DNA of 64,000 bases, from positions 92,900 through 156,899 of the forward strand of contig NMRA01000042.1 in the NCBI GenBank assembly GCA_002633005.1, read 5' to 3'. Shown one piece after another: positions 46,301-59,488 of the stretch. How positions within the stretch are numbered: the first letter of the stretch is position 1; every line of letters begins with the position of its first letter. The stretch is from Phoronis australis (lineage: Eukaryota > Animalia > Phoronida). The position numbers and the translations under genes are program-made. The notes beneath the pieces are model-generated. The model ran no database searches and was not told the origin of the DNA. It was given only the letters and a program-made list of their open reading frames with translations.

Positions 46301-49300
46301 CACTCCTATTTATCAGTTTCTATCATCATCATGTCTCACATTTCTTTTTCACCAGACTCTGCTTCTAGCTCCTGGTCTATATCCTTCTATTTTCTTGCTT
46401 CTACTGATTCTACTTGCATTTTGTCAGTTATTCAGTTGGACAGGGTCTCGTGGACACACGGTCAAAGCCTCCTTCACTTTGGCTCTCCCCTCCACCTATA
46501 AGGCGGTGCTTTTCAGCTCCTATGCCAACACCACCTCTTAAGACACTGTCAGACAAATACTGACATGACCTATCTAGCAATTTCTTTTTTCTTTTCACAA
46601 CCTTGTAGTTTGATAGTATTATGTCACCTTTGTTAAAATGTTGTGCATACTTTCCAAGTAGGGTAACATTTTCGCATAACACTGTTCAAATAATTCTTAT
46701 ATGCCATAGCAACAAATCATTTATGAATTATAGTATTCTTTCAGGTCCTCGGATATCTGTCTTAGTTTAATATCCATTACGACGAAGATGAGGCTATCTA
46801 CTCCTTTCGGCTGATTGATGACTTTGGGTAAAGGGACTTTGAAGTGCTGGAACAACTCAATGTTGCATGACTTACGATAGTCAGAAAGGGTTTGGCCCCC
46901 CCTTCCTTAAGGACGCCACAAGTCTGTGTAAGGCACTCCACTGACTTGGTCAGTGAAAGGGTTTGGCCCCCTTTCCTTGAGGATGCCACAAGTCTCTAAG
47001 GTACCTCGCTGACGTACAGTAGTCAGTGAAAGGGTTTGGCCCCCTTCCTTGAGGATACCACAAGTCTGTGTAAGGAACTCCACTGAGTGTCTGTTTACTG
47101 GAAGGTACTCCACTGTCAATTGTCACTGAAAGGGTTTGGTACCTCCTTCCTTGAGGATGCCTTGAGAACTTATTTATCTGTCCATCACAGATTCTTTTTT
47201 GTGTTCATATCACTTGAGACAATTTTAGGATTATGAATATTGCAGTTGTTGGTTTTATAGCATGAACATTAATGGATGGCTCATGACAGGGTCTTCATTT
47301 TATTACATTGTTGTGGAAAGTTTGTGTAAAAGTTTTATTTATTATATGTCTTTCAGAAGCTTGTATTAAAATGTTCTATTTATCATAATTGTCATCAATA
47401 CATTTTTGAAATGATGCTTGTTTATCTTTAATTTTTATTTAATGTAATTGATTTTGACAAAGTTAAGCCGATTACAAACTGCATGATTGTTAAAAACAAT
47501 ATCACAAATAATATCAATAATTTGCTCAATCAATTATCAAGTTTCAACTTTCCTGATAAAAAATCTTTAAAATGATACCTTATTTGTTTTTTTCCTGGAC
47601 TAATTGTTATTTTATGAAAATTCGAAATCGCACAATTGTACGTAGTGACTTCTCTTTGTTGACTGTGCTGACTTTAAGGTCAATATCTTCGCTCAGGAAC
47701 GTCTAATCAAAATGGGTTTTTGGCAAATTATTCATCATAAAAAGTTCTTTAAAATGATGTATTACATGTCTATCTACGTTTCTTATTTTTGAAATCATAA
47801 TATTTTGAACTCGCAGATTCGATTTGACAGAATTTTTACCAAAAATTTTGACACGAAAATGACATTTTCTCCGGAACTATTAGTCCGATTTAAAAATTTT
47901 TTGTATCGTTATTTTAGTCTCGAAAAGAGCTTTCTAATGATGTATATTACGTGCACATTTTCTAAAATTTTTGAAAAACGTCCTCCCTATACTAGTACTA
48001 CACATTCATAACTGCGAGCTCCGCTTCGGTTGAATTTGGTTGAGTCGAAATGTTGTGTCTGTACGACACTAGAGAACGTGGCCGAACTCCTAAAACCACA
48101 GGTGGCCTACTAGTTATAGAGGGTGTCAAATGACAAACCTGGCCAATGACAAGTCACCAAGTTAAAGTTTTTGGAATTCATGGTTCCTGACCAAATAAGG
48201 TATGACCAAATTGTACGAATGCACTAGTACCGACGATGACCAACAGGTGTCATGCTAATGCAGAGACAGGGATGAGATCATTCTTGTTACACTCCCATTA
48301 CCATTTACACTGTAAATGATTTACAGTGTCCTCCACTTAGTTTGCAACAAATTCGCGGTCAAAACACAAAAATCTAAAAAAGTCGCTGCGTACTAGCAAT
48401 ATACTTCATGTGGCCAAGGTCAAGTAGGGTATGGAATAATCCAATGAGTTACGAACTGACGACAATTGCCAGTTCATCACGGAAGGTTGCGAAAGGTATG
48501 GCTAAGTGTGGAGTTATCGATGTCGTGACCTTCCGTGACAAACCGGCAATTTCCGTGTGGCATATTGCTGGTACGCAGCGACTTCTTGGGAAGATTTCTG
48601 TGCTTTGACCGCGAATTTGTTGCGAACTCGGTAGAGTTGGACACTGTAAATTATTGGGAGAAAGAACAATTCCTCATGGTGTGTTGAACCTCAGTTTTTT
48701 GAAAACTTATTGAGTTTTGTGTTTGCTATGGACGGCTGAATTGAAGCACCCGTGGAATTTCTAGTCCGGTGTGTCATACCTTGTAGTATATAGTGTATTG
48801 GGGATGATCAGAAGCTGAGGACGCCTGTGCTCAGCAGTAGAGACGGAGGCACTGTCTAGAGTAAACCATTAGCTCTGCAGTAGAGAGTGAAGCTCCTATA
48901 GGCGCTTCATACGCCGGAAGATTTTTGGCGAATTAGGCCTCTCACTGACTAAAACATCAATGCTACTTTGTTATAAATACCTTTTATGCATAGAGGGACA
49001 CCTTAGGAGGCCATCGATGTATTTAATTCCTTCCTACTTGAACAAATACTCCCGTTACCAAACTTTTTCTTTGAGTAGCGGGTCGTTCAGTTCCCAAAAT
49101 CGGTAACTCACCATTTTTAACACTGCACGCGCCGGGGGATATGACGTCATACCACGTGGCGCATGCAGTGTTAAAAATGGTGAGTTACTGATTTTGGGAA
49201 CTGAACGAGGGACTGTTCCAAGAAAAAGTTTTTTAATGGGAGTATTTGTTCGAGATGGAAGGAATTACATACATTGACGGCCTCGTTAGTTGTTCCTATT

Positions 49301-52300
49301 GTGAACAAAAGGTATTTATAACAATGTGACTTTGACATTTTAGTCAGTGCAAAGCATAATTCGCAGAAAAGCTTCCGGCGTATGAAGCGCCTATAGGAGC
49401 TCCACCGTCCTACTGTGTGTGCCAGTAGGAGGGTGGTCACTGTCTACTATAGGCGTTTCATACATCTGGGCTGCGAGGTACAGGGCATTTGCCTCAGCTC
49501 TGTAGATGGTGGAGTGAAGGCCTGTGGCAATGGACTTGCGCACAGTGCTGCCGTCTGGGTATTTGATGAATACACCACCTCCCCATTTCTGACACCATTC
49601 GCAGCAGAGCCATCTGTATAGACTCTGGTCCAGGTGGTGGTGGGGTAGTCTCTGTCCAGGGTTTCTAGAGTGAGTCCTTCAAGACTGCCTCCAGTTGTGT
49701 ATGCTTTGCTTCAATATCAGGGATGTCGAGAATGATAGGAGGAACTTCCAGCGACCATTCTTCAAAGTCTTTGAGCATTTCTAGTGGTGGGTTGATTGAA
49801 GACAGCATAGGTTGATGTTTCTGCTGAAGTGTCTTGATGAGGTAGTTTGGGCTCTTTTTCAAGTTGCTCTCTTGTTGATGTTATTTGGTCATGGAGACTT
49901 TGCAGATGGTCACTACAGTATGGTTTGTAGTCGCTTCGTCTTCCCCGTGCAATGTTCTGGTGTGCACCCAGGAGGATGCAGATGGAAATCCGCCTGACAT
50001 TGATGTTGATGTCTTGCTTTGAGTCAATGGTGGTTTCTCTGCAGAGTGTGTCTGTCAGTTTTTTTTAAACTTCGTCCAGTTAACCTTTTAGTAGTTCCAT
50101 CTAGACTCTTTTCCTGAGACAGAGGGTTGTTCTAGTAGTGACAACTTTAGTAGAACTGGTAGGTGGTCGCTCCCTCCTGACTGGTTTGTGACAATCTAGT
50201 CGCATATTTTCTGGATGTCCTCTGTAGCTATGGCGAGGTCTGGAGTACATGTCATCTTCCAAGCTCAGGACAGGCAGGTCGGCTTGTTGATGAGGATGAG
50301 GCAGTTGTCGATCATAAAGTCTTCAATTTGTTTTCCTCTACTGTTCAGGTCTTGATATCCCCAGAGTAGTGAGTGTCCATTGAAGTAACCTCAGATGAGT
50401 AGGTTTTGGTTAGACAGTGGAAGAGTGTTGATTTGCAGGTCTTTATCAGGTGGGCAGTAGAAGTTGATGATGATGATTTCTCTCCCTTGGAGTATAACTT
50501 TCACAGCGATAAATTCATTGTCTCCCACAGACCTCCCAATCTCTATCACTGGGATGGTGTTCCATACGAGGGTGAGAATGCCTCCCATGGGATGGTTGCT
50601 TCTGTCATGTCGGAAGAGCTCATTACCTGTGATGAAGAAGTGATCATCATCTGTAAGGAGTGTCTCCTGGATACAGATGATGTCCACTTGCTCTCTACGG
50701 AGGAAGTGTTGGAGCTCGGATTTCTTCTTGCGAAGACCCTCAGCGGGTGAGTCTTGGATTTGCCTCACCAGTCGCTAAAGGTGGGTGCTTTTGAGGCTGA
50801 GGACCCAATGTTGTCACTGCCTGGCAAACCACGGGACTAGCACCATACCATCTAATATCTGTTTCCATGGCCATGATGGGTAAAATGTATGCATGTCTGG
50901 TTCTTTTCTGTAGGGTAGGTGGTACAGGTACAGGTCTGCCCGCTGTCATTAGCTGACATGCAGCACACGGTTTTATTTCGGAGTGCCCTTCTTGACTGAT
51001 TACTTCCATGGCTGATGAGCCCAGTCTGCTCAGGTTTTAATGTCAGGGTTGTCATTCTCATAGGTGACAGGAACAATGTTTTTTACATGGTAACTGAGTT
51101 GGCCTTACGCCCAACCATAGTGTGAACCTAGGGAATGTTTGGGTGTATTTCATCTGATCTCTACCTTTTGACCTGCCCGGCATGGGTAGTCCTGTCAAGA
51201 GTTTTTAAACTCCAGCTGGTAGAGCTCTAGAGGTCACGGAGATACGCAAGCTGTTCCGCCACGACAAGGCTTACACTCTAGGAACAGTCTGCGCTACAAA
51301 TGGCATAGTGACGGAACTTGTGAATGTGATGTATATTGATTTCAAGTGAACTGTGGAAATGGGGTGTAGTGTCGAGATTACAAAGTTCCATTTCTTTGTA
51401 TTAGTTCTAACTGTTAAAATAATCATAGATGTCCCTAATTATTGAATTGAAGTGCATTTTTACCAATTTTAGTGGGTTTAGTGAGTGATTACTTTCTTCA
51501 AGGCAAATAGATTGGCAAAATGTACAATTATTAAAAATGATTTCTTCTGTATTTACAGGTGTAAATGTGAAAAGGAAACTCTTTCAGAATGTGAATAGTG
51601 TTCAAGATGTCAGTCGTGACAAAGAGATATGTGTTATGTGTTACAGCAGTCAAGATGAGAAAAAGGTTGGTTTGTTTTCATAATTATCACAAAACTTGCC
51701 AACATATTGCTGTTGCTGTCACGATACTTATAACTACAGTAAACTCTCACCAATGTAGGATACATTATGACAAGCAAGTGGTATTTTACACTGTTGATTT
51801 TTCATAAATGATAAGCAGCATCAAAGTTATGCTTTCTAATCACGTTGTCTACCCTAGCTACCATCAGGCAATGTTTAGAATAATAACGGCTATTCACAAC
51901 AATGTTAGAAGCCTTTGAGAAGTGGGAAATTGGGGAAAAAGCAATTGTAGGCATTTCTTTGCCAAAATTGCTGAACTTTAGTTTTGGTCCATATCTGTAC
52001 TGGAAAAATTGGAATTGAGCTACACGTGTAAAATAAAATTTTTAACGGTTTTTGAAAAACTTTCAAATACGAAAGCAAGGTAGTTACATGGCTGAATTTG
52101 AGGGTAAGTTAAACCCGTTTTGCGATGTTAAAGACTTGTCTCAAGGATCTAATACCAGGGGGAGCTAGGGGGAGTTCAGGATTATTACTTAATGGCTATT
52201 CTACTGTCAAATCTTTGTGTAGTCAATCCATGCACAGACTGGTAATAACACGGAGAATAAGATAACAGTGTTGACATGATTTATTCATAGCAGAATTTTT

Positions 52301-55300
52301 ATGTAATTACTAAGGAAATTAATGTTATTTGCATCATGAACAAAGGCATAAAAATGTCATTGTTTTGACAATGTTGGTCAACCCTTCCAAGACTGGCCAC
52401 TTCATATTGACTCAAAGTGATATCTGAATTTCTTTTAACTATAGAAACAATTACTATCAGGACAAAAATGTTGAGTTCTGGTTGTTGGAGGTAATTGACT
52501 TATTATGTAATTTTCGTGTTTAAGCCTTAAAGGCATACATCTGTTTTACGGTTGAAAATAGGCATTTTGGTATTATTGTTGGATGGGGTGGTCTTCTTGA
52601 AGTCATTAGCTTTAACCAAAGCTACAAAACAACAAAATCCATTGTGTTTTTATTGTTTTATTACAAACCTTAATTCTTGTCATTGTCCTAACATTTGCTG
52701 AAATGAAGGCTGGTAACAACTAGTAAGATTTATAAATACACTTACATTAAAATTTGCTACAGGATTTAACAAATGGGCATTAGCTCTACCAGAAAAGCAT
52801 TAGACTGTGACCAATTTGGGGGTTTCATGTTCGATTCCCTTCTGAGGTTGATGATGTTCCTTTAAATTGGAAGTGTCCTTTTATATAACCTAAGTTTTAA
52901 GTTTGGAAATATGATGCAAAAAAGAAATGTAGTTGCAGGCGTTTTTTTTTTTGTTTTGTAATGGTTGCATTCACCACTAGTTATTCCTCTTTATTTCAGA
53001 TTTCCTTTGGGTTGAAAAACAGAGAAATTCTAGAGTATGACCGAGAGTCCGGTGTGATATCCAGCCCACTTCATTGCCCTGGGGGACAGGGTGCATTCAA
53101 GGGGTTGTGTCGATATGACAGGTATGTTGTGTGTTTAAAGTAAATAATTGTTGAAACAAGAATGGGTTGCAGATACCCAGCAGAGTGGCATGTCCACACC
53201 AGATTCTCTACACTAAAATATTTGAACATTCATTTGTTTAATGGTGTCATTTTTTCACTTTTAAAGTTATACTGCGTGCCAGTGTATGAAATGGGATGTT
53301 CCAATGTAAGAGTCATATACCAGCACTTACTGTAACTTTAACCTGTTGATTGCTGTATATCTTTGGAATTTTTGCTCATGTGCCTATATGTGAACCTGTG
53401 CCTTTGTCCAGAATTATGTGCATGCATATGAAACACTCATACTTTTGGGCTGTTGCAGTTGTTGTGTCACTTGTGTTGAGTCTGGCTTAGTAAAAGTCTG
53501 GAACGAAACTACAGAGGACAGTATGAGTTTTGAGGCTGGTGATCGAGTATGCAGGATGCAACAGAACCCCTGGCAACCGTCGCTAATAGCAACGGGTGGT
53601 AAAGAGAATGACCTTAAAGTATGGGACCTAAACAATGAGGGAAAGTCCGTTTTTAAAGCAAAAAATGTACGTTTGCTTCTTGTGTGAATCCGACAAAATA
53701 TGTATTATAATTAATTGGTTAATATTTCCATGAAATTGTTAGCCTTTTAAGGTTTCATCATAACTGAGTCTAGACATTGACCACTGTTTTTAGCTGACTC
53801 AGTAGAAACTATGCTTCCGGTTTATGAAGGTTCTATAGGAGCTTCATACAACGGAAGCTTTTTGGCGAATTATACCAAACGCTGATTAAAAAATCAAAGT
53901 CACATTGCTATAAGTTACCTTTTGGGCATTGAGGGACACCTTGGAAGGCTGTCGTTGTCTTTAATTCTTTCCAACTGGAACAAATACTCCCGTTATCAAA
54001 CTTTGTCTTTGAGCAGTCCTTAGTTCAGTTCCCCAAATTGGAAACTGGCAATTTTTAACACTGCACATGGCAAGTGGTATGACGTCATATCCCCTGACGT
54101 GCGCAATGTAAAAATGGCTAATTACCAATTTTGGGAAATGAACAAGGGACTGCTCAAAGAAAAAGTTTGATAACGGGTGTATTTGTTTGAGTTGGAAGGA
54201 ATTTAAGACATCGACAACTTCCTAAGATGTCCCTCTATGCGTAAAAGGTACTTATAACAACGTGACTTTGATTTTTAAATAAGTGTAAGACATAATTTGC
54301 CAAAAAGCTTCCGGCGTATGAAGCTCCTACAGGAGCAACACTGTCTCTACTGAGTCAACTAGAGACGGTGGTCACTGTCTAAACTGAGTTGAGAGTGTGA
54401 GCTCATGTTATAAACATGGTCAGTGATATAAGTCTTCTTTGTATTGCAAATGCATTCTTTTGTTCATGAAAAAATGCAAATTTTTATCCATCCAGGAAAA
54501 TTCATATTCCTAGCAATTATACCTGTTCAACTGAACTATGGTATTTACTAAAATTTCTGCGTCTCGCTCCCTTCTTGAGGAATGGTGGAATGCTTAGCAT
54601 GGCACAACAGGTGGAGCTTCCCACTGTGCTCTGGAGACATGATCTGTAGTAGCATTACAAGCGGTGGACAGAGCAGTCTTTTCTTATGAAAAACAATATT
54701 CCGTGCATGGTAAAATGATTTCATAAACTAAAAAGGTAATTGCCAACCTTCATGGAGTACTTTCATGTATCACAAATAACTCTTTAACTTTACATTTTTG
54801 ACAATAATCAAAACTGTTCCTTCACTGGTGTGCTCTCTGGTTGAAGTTAAAAAATAGGATGTGAATCAGGTCCGTGTGGTACAAAGGAAAGTGATCCAAA
54901 GGGAGTCAAGTCACCCCCCAGAATACACATAGTGTTGGATACGATGTTCCTGGTGCTCATTATGTAAGTCTTAACATAGATGTTATCTATGGCCGAGAGT
55001 GGAAGCTGTCATCCACAATTTACATTTGCAGGTGGCTCATGACTGGTTGAACCTAAGAGTGCCCGTCTGGGTGCTGGATCTCGCCTTTTTACCTGGCAGC
55101 CAACAGATCTTGACCTCCACTGGTCATCATCAGGTAAAGACAGTTGGGTATTAGGTGAAAAAATGTTGATTGATTTAATTGTAATTCATTCAGTTTCTCA
55201 TTAAATGCGGTTCTTAGTCAGGGAGAATCAGTTTGATGCCTGCTATTTAGTGGACAAAACTGGTTCTGAAAGTATGGGCATGTTATATCCAACTATTACC

Positions 55301-58300
55301 GTGTAAGTGTATCCGTTTGCTGTCACATTGAGTGGCAAGTTGTCAAAACAAAGTATCGTGCCATTTGTATTTCATTTAAACTAGGCACAAGCTGTCCACA
55401 AACAGCTTCTTACAACATAGTGGCAATAGATTCAGTTATGCAGAAAGAAAACAAAGGATTGACTCTACTCTTATATTTGTATTGGTAGGTAAACTGAGGG
55501 AGACAAAATGAAGATACTAAATGCAATTACCGCACATTACTGGTAGAGAACGCCTGCACAAGGAACTCATTAATGTTCACCTGTAAAAATCACAAGCAAT
55601 ATAATACAGTGAACATGAAATGCTGTTATCTATATGTTAGCGCAACTGTCAGTAAGCTATATCCAAAGTTAAACTTTCACTGATATGATTCATTTGAAAC
55701 CTAACAGTTGGGGTATGAAACACGACTTGATACCTAAAGGTGGCGCTCAAATCTCCCGCCAGATCCCTAAATATAAATACAGCACTATGTAAGAGTATCA
55801 AAATGCTGTATTTAGGAAATTTGAAGCTAGGTCGCAGTCTGTTTGTCATAGCTAGACTGCAACTTGTGTTTTTCTGTTTCAGATTAGACTGTATGACCCA
55901 GCTGCTCAGAAGAGACCTGTCATGGACATGACATTTGATGAGCATCCAATCACCTCGCTGAGTTTAACAACATCTGGAAAGTATGCATGTTTGACTTGCA
56001 GTGTCTTTAGTTTATTGATGATATTTGAGACAAGTGGTCTTTAAAGCCTTCCGTGGACGAATATTTATTATTTATTATATTTCTGGCCATTTTGATGGTC
56101 CCAGCGACAGAAGTTTCACAAGATAATTTGAATTACTTCTAGTAATATAACATACAGACTGTTTTGTTCATCAATTAGGCCTAAAGCTTGACCGTGTCTA
56201 ATTGCGGAAGTTCATACTGGTGCTATAGTGCTCATTTAGTATTGCCTCATTTTCGCTGTTGATTTCTAGCCAGCGTTGCACATCTTGTCGTTTAGTATGA
56301 AGTTTGATTTCAACTCACTTCAAAGTTATTCTGTTATCAGAACAACTCTACACCTCACTAAACCAACGCTGGGGTGCTGTTTAATCAACTCCCGTCACCT
56401 CCCAAAACCTCACTATTTGAGTAAATGAATGCAATTTTCGGTCTTTTTTGTCATTAAGAAAACCAGTAGGGGTCATGATATTGAATGCTGGCTTGGTATA
56501 AATTTGAATGTTTGCCTTCTCATACAAACATAACTTATGGTTTGAATTTGGGCTAGTAAAACATTTCCGTTTATTACTTTTGTAAATTCATTGATTAAAG
56601 CGATGTTGCAAACGTGCTTTAAGAACCAAAGCTTCATGAGTTACCATTCAAGGTAGGCTTTAAATGCCATTTTATTTCTATAATTTAAAAAAAAATAATC
56701 TGTCTTTAAATATATTTACGTATAAATTAGAGTAACTCTTTAGCCAAGAAAAACTTAAAATGTATTGAATATTTTCCAATTATGGCTTGCCACTAAATGA
56801 TTTTATAAAGACGATACGAGAATGACTTTTGTCCAGTTGGTATTGTGACTCAAGTGTTGTGGAATATTGCTGGTTTTACTTGACAGCTATTGTGTACTAG
56901 CTATGCACATGTTGTGTTTCAGTAAACATGAAATCACACTGACTGTCAAGTAAACTGCTCATCTGCAAAATATTTATCATAATTGTTAAGCATGAATTGT
57001 CTTGGTAAAAGTACTTCGTATTTGCATATTAACATAGTTTGAGGACTCACATGACCTTTACAGCCATTTTGTATAGAATGAGTTTCAAAAGTTGGTTGCA
57101 GTCACTCATTGCAGAAATTTTCTCTTGTTTTAGTCAAGCTGTAGTTGGAACTTCTGTTGGAAACATGGGCTTGATTGACATACGAAAAGGTGAGTAACTG
57201 TTTGCAGTGAGAAAATGTTAGTAACTTTTAGTATACAATGCAACTAAAGGAAGTAATCATAGAATGAACAATAGCACATTTGTGTGTCCAAGGCAAGAAT
57301 TTTAACTAAAATGATTTTGCAGCTACAAGCATGAAATGTGAGCAGTTTGATAACTGATGTCTTCGCTTAAGAATTTCTTTTAAACATTCTGAAGTTTGCA
57401 TTTTCTATGTATGTTAAAATCAACTTATCTTGCGTATGTTTTGGACAATAACCTTTTCTCCATTTCATCCCTTGATGCTTTCATTCTCAACAAACATGAA
57501 TTACTTTCACCACGAAAGCAGTGTCATCACATCAAATTTTCCAATCACAGTACAAAGAACACCCATGTCCTATGTTGTCTTGTCAAGTAAATACTCTGCT
57601 TCAGCATCTGTCTTATGTCTCAAGTAAATGGTTGCTTGTGATAGTGTAATTAAAGCTTGTGGCTCTCAGAATTTTCGTACGAGAGTCATCTCTCTCTGAT
57701 GGATAATAAATAGTCAGGAACACTGTGATATATAGACGAGGGTGCAGTATTACTCCCTGTACACTGAGTGTTCAGTCAGTTGATCACGTCCAGCCTCCCA
57801 CTTCTGGATACTGTGCCACTGATCCGGCTTGGATCTTTTTACAGTAGGTGTGTGGGAAGTGAGTAGACCATTCCATCAATACCATGTCACTGACATGCAG
57901 TTTCACCTTAAGTGTGCAGTTGTGTAACCTCTAGTTAGATATGGAGAAACCTAACCAAAAGGAATACTGTTCACAAATCCATTAGAGATGCGGGTAAATA
58001 ATTTTAGGGAGTTCATTAATTGTAGAAACTTCCAGTTAGCTGAGTTAGCGATATAGATACCAAACCAAAAATGACTGACTTAATGAAGACCTATTTTTGG
58101 CTGTGTAGCTCAATCTCCAATCTTCCCACTAACCTTGTCTTTGGTGTGCACACAAAAACTTTGAGGATTGGTAAACTGTCAGTGCTTGTATACCATTCTT
58201 CACATTGACTACTAACTACCATGATAACCAGTCGTGTCCATGCCATGTCTTTTCAGGAAAATTAGTGCATACGTACAAAGGGTTTTCTGGTGGAATACGC

Positions 58301-59488
58301 TGCGTTCAGTGCCATCCGACACTACCACTAGTGGCCTCTTGTGGTCTCGACAGGTTCTTAAGAATTCACGACATACATACAAAAGAACTACTCCATAAGG
58401 TAGATATGTAGGTCTGGTCGTGACAGGAAATTCTCACAGACTTTGTTTACTCACAGCTGTGACTGATGGGCCAGAAAATGCTCTTAACAACACAAAAGCT
58501 ATTTTGTCTCAGTTTGTTATTAAAATGCACACAAGTACTTGCTGTGAACTTTGACCCAATTTCATGTGATGTTTAAACTTAAGGAATGTTCTTGAAAATA
58601 TTGTTTTTAAGTCCCGGAAACATGCTTCAAATTTTGTGAGGATTGTGGCAACATGAGAATAAAATTGTCTGTAGCCTGTGTTCTTCCTGGCATGAATTTT
58701 AGAAACTAAACTATCAAGACGCTACGCCTGTAAATTTAGTGATGAATGTCCAGACATGAGAATCAAGTCATCACTAACGGTGTTCTAGGCAGAAATTTTA
58801 GAAAGTGAGCTATCAGCACACAATGCCAGTACGTTTTGAAGAACCAGTGTCATTACTATCGAAATTTAACATTGGCACTTTTACTTTTAGTTTTACTTAA
58901 AATCGAGGCTCAACTGTTTGCTGTTGTCAAGTCAGTGGGACTGTGAGACAAAGCCGAGTGATCAGCCAATGAAATCACATGGTGAACAGCTAGTGGATTC
59001 TGGAATAAATGAGGAGGATGAATTGTGGGACAGTTTAGATGTTGTAGGAAACAAAACTGCACAAAAGAAAATGACAAAGAGGAAAGTTGCCAATACAGCA
59101 GAACCAAGAAGGAGTAAGAGAGGTGGGTTCTTAATGGTCCAGTTTTGTTATACCACGCCACTACCCTATTTTTGCCAAATAATATGTTGCATGGAAATTC
59201 TACTTAAAAAGCATCGGTACATAATTGTTTGTGCTGTTCACGTTCTGTTGTTCTGACAACTGTTACATTTGATGTGATCTGGGTCGAGACTTTGGACTAT
59301 TGTGCTCCATTCATGTACATCTCATGTTGCCTACTATATCAACCAACAATGGCGCTGCCGTGATTTTGTGGAAAGGCTGAAGAGTAGATCGAGGACAAGA
59401 ATCTGCTGATGACAGAATTAAGAAAATTATTCACTCATTTCATTGAGATTTGTTTTTTGTTGCAGGAAAAAAGCAAACTGGCCAGTGA
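43309..59488 (+). CDS. WDR74: WD repeat-containing protein 74 (NSA1 homolog, 60S ribosome biogenesis), 10 coding exons
   Basis: Exons 43309-43363, 51559-51665, 53000-53121, 53459-53666, 55032-55133, 55883-55980, 57134-57189, 58257-58399, 58891-59122, 59466-59488; all GT-AG and phase-consistent. Motifs VFVGAETGLLKGV, ATGGKENDLKVWDL, FKAKNVAHDWLNLRVPVW, IRLYDPAAQKRPV, LVASCGLDRFLRIH and YLKSRLNCLL match WDR74 as I recall it. The last exon is the least certain. Confidence 0.92.
46880..47161. repeat. ~70-bp degenerate tandem repeat, 4 copies
   Basis: Recurring gtcagtgaaagggtttggccccttccttgaggatgccacaagtc. Confidence 0.8.
48322..48648. mobile_element. Tc1/mariner-type non-autonomous element
   Basis: TA-CAGTGTCC...GGACACTG-TA with ~50-bp TIR (tttgcaacaaattcgcggtcaaa / tttgaccgcgaatttgttgcgaa). 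Confidence 0.75.
48856..49446. mobile_element. ~600-bp fully palindromic foldback element, copy 1 (WDR74 intron 1)
   Basis: Arms mirror around atgacgtcat at ~49141-49150; right end gtggtcactgtcta. Confidence 0.8.
49455..51272 (-). mobile_element. Degenerate I-group/Ingi-like LINE: 5' UTR, AP endonuclease and RNase H, with RT deleted
   Basis: APE motifs DIICIQET, NFYCPP, G.FNGH...WG, TPDLAI and GSDHLP (~50740-50155); RNase H WTRVYTDGSA...GGGVFI...STIYRAE..A (~49635-49480); several stops and frameshifts. Confidence 0.85.
53771..54382. mobile_element. ~600-bp fully palindromic foldback element, copy 2 (WDR74 intron 4)
   Basis: tagacattgaccac...gtggtcactgtcta termini; centre tatgacgtcata at ~54078-54089; same family as 48856-49446. 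TAG...CTA ends are Academ-like. Confidence 0.8.

Noticed and set aside
58735-58780. Intronic C/D snoRNA in WDR74 (GTGATGA in a ttagtgatga...tcatcactaa hairpin)
   Set aside because: No D box (CTGA) at a suitable distance; the C-like box is buried in a stem.
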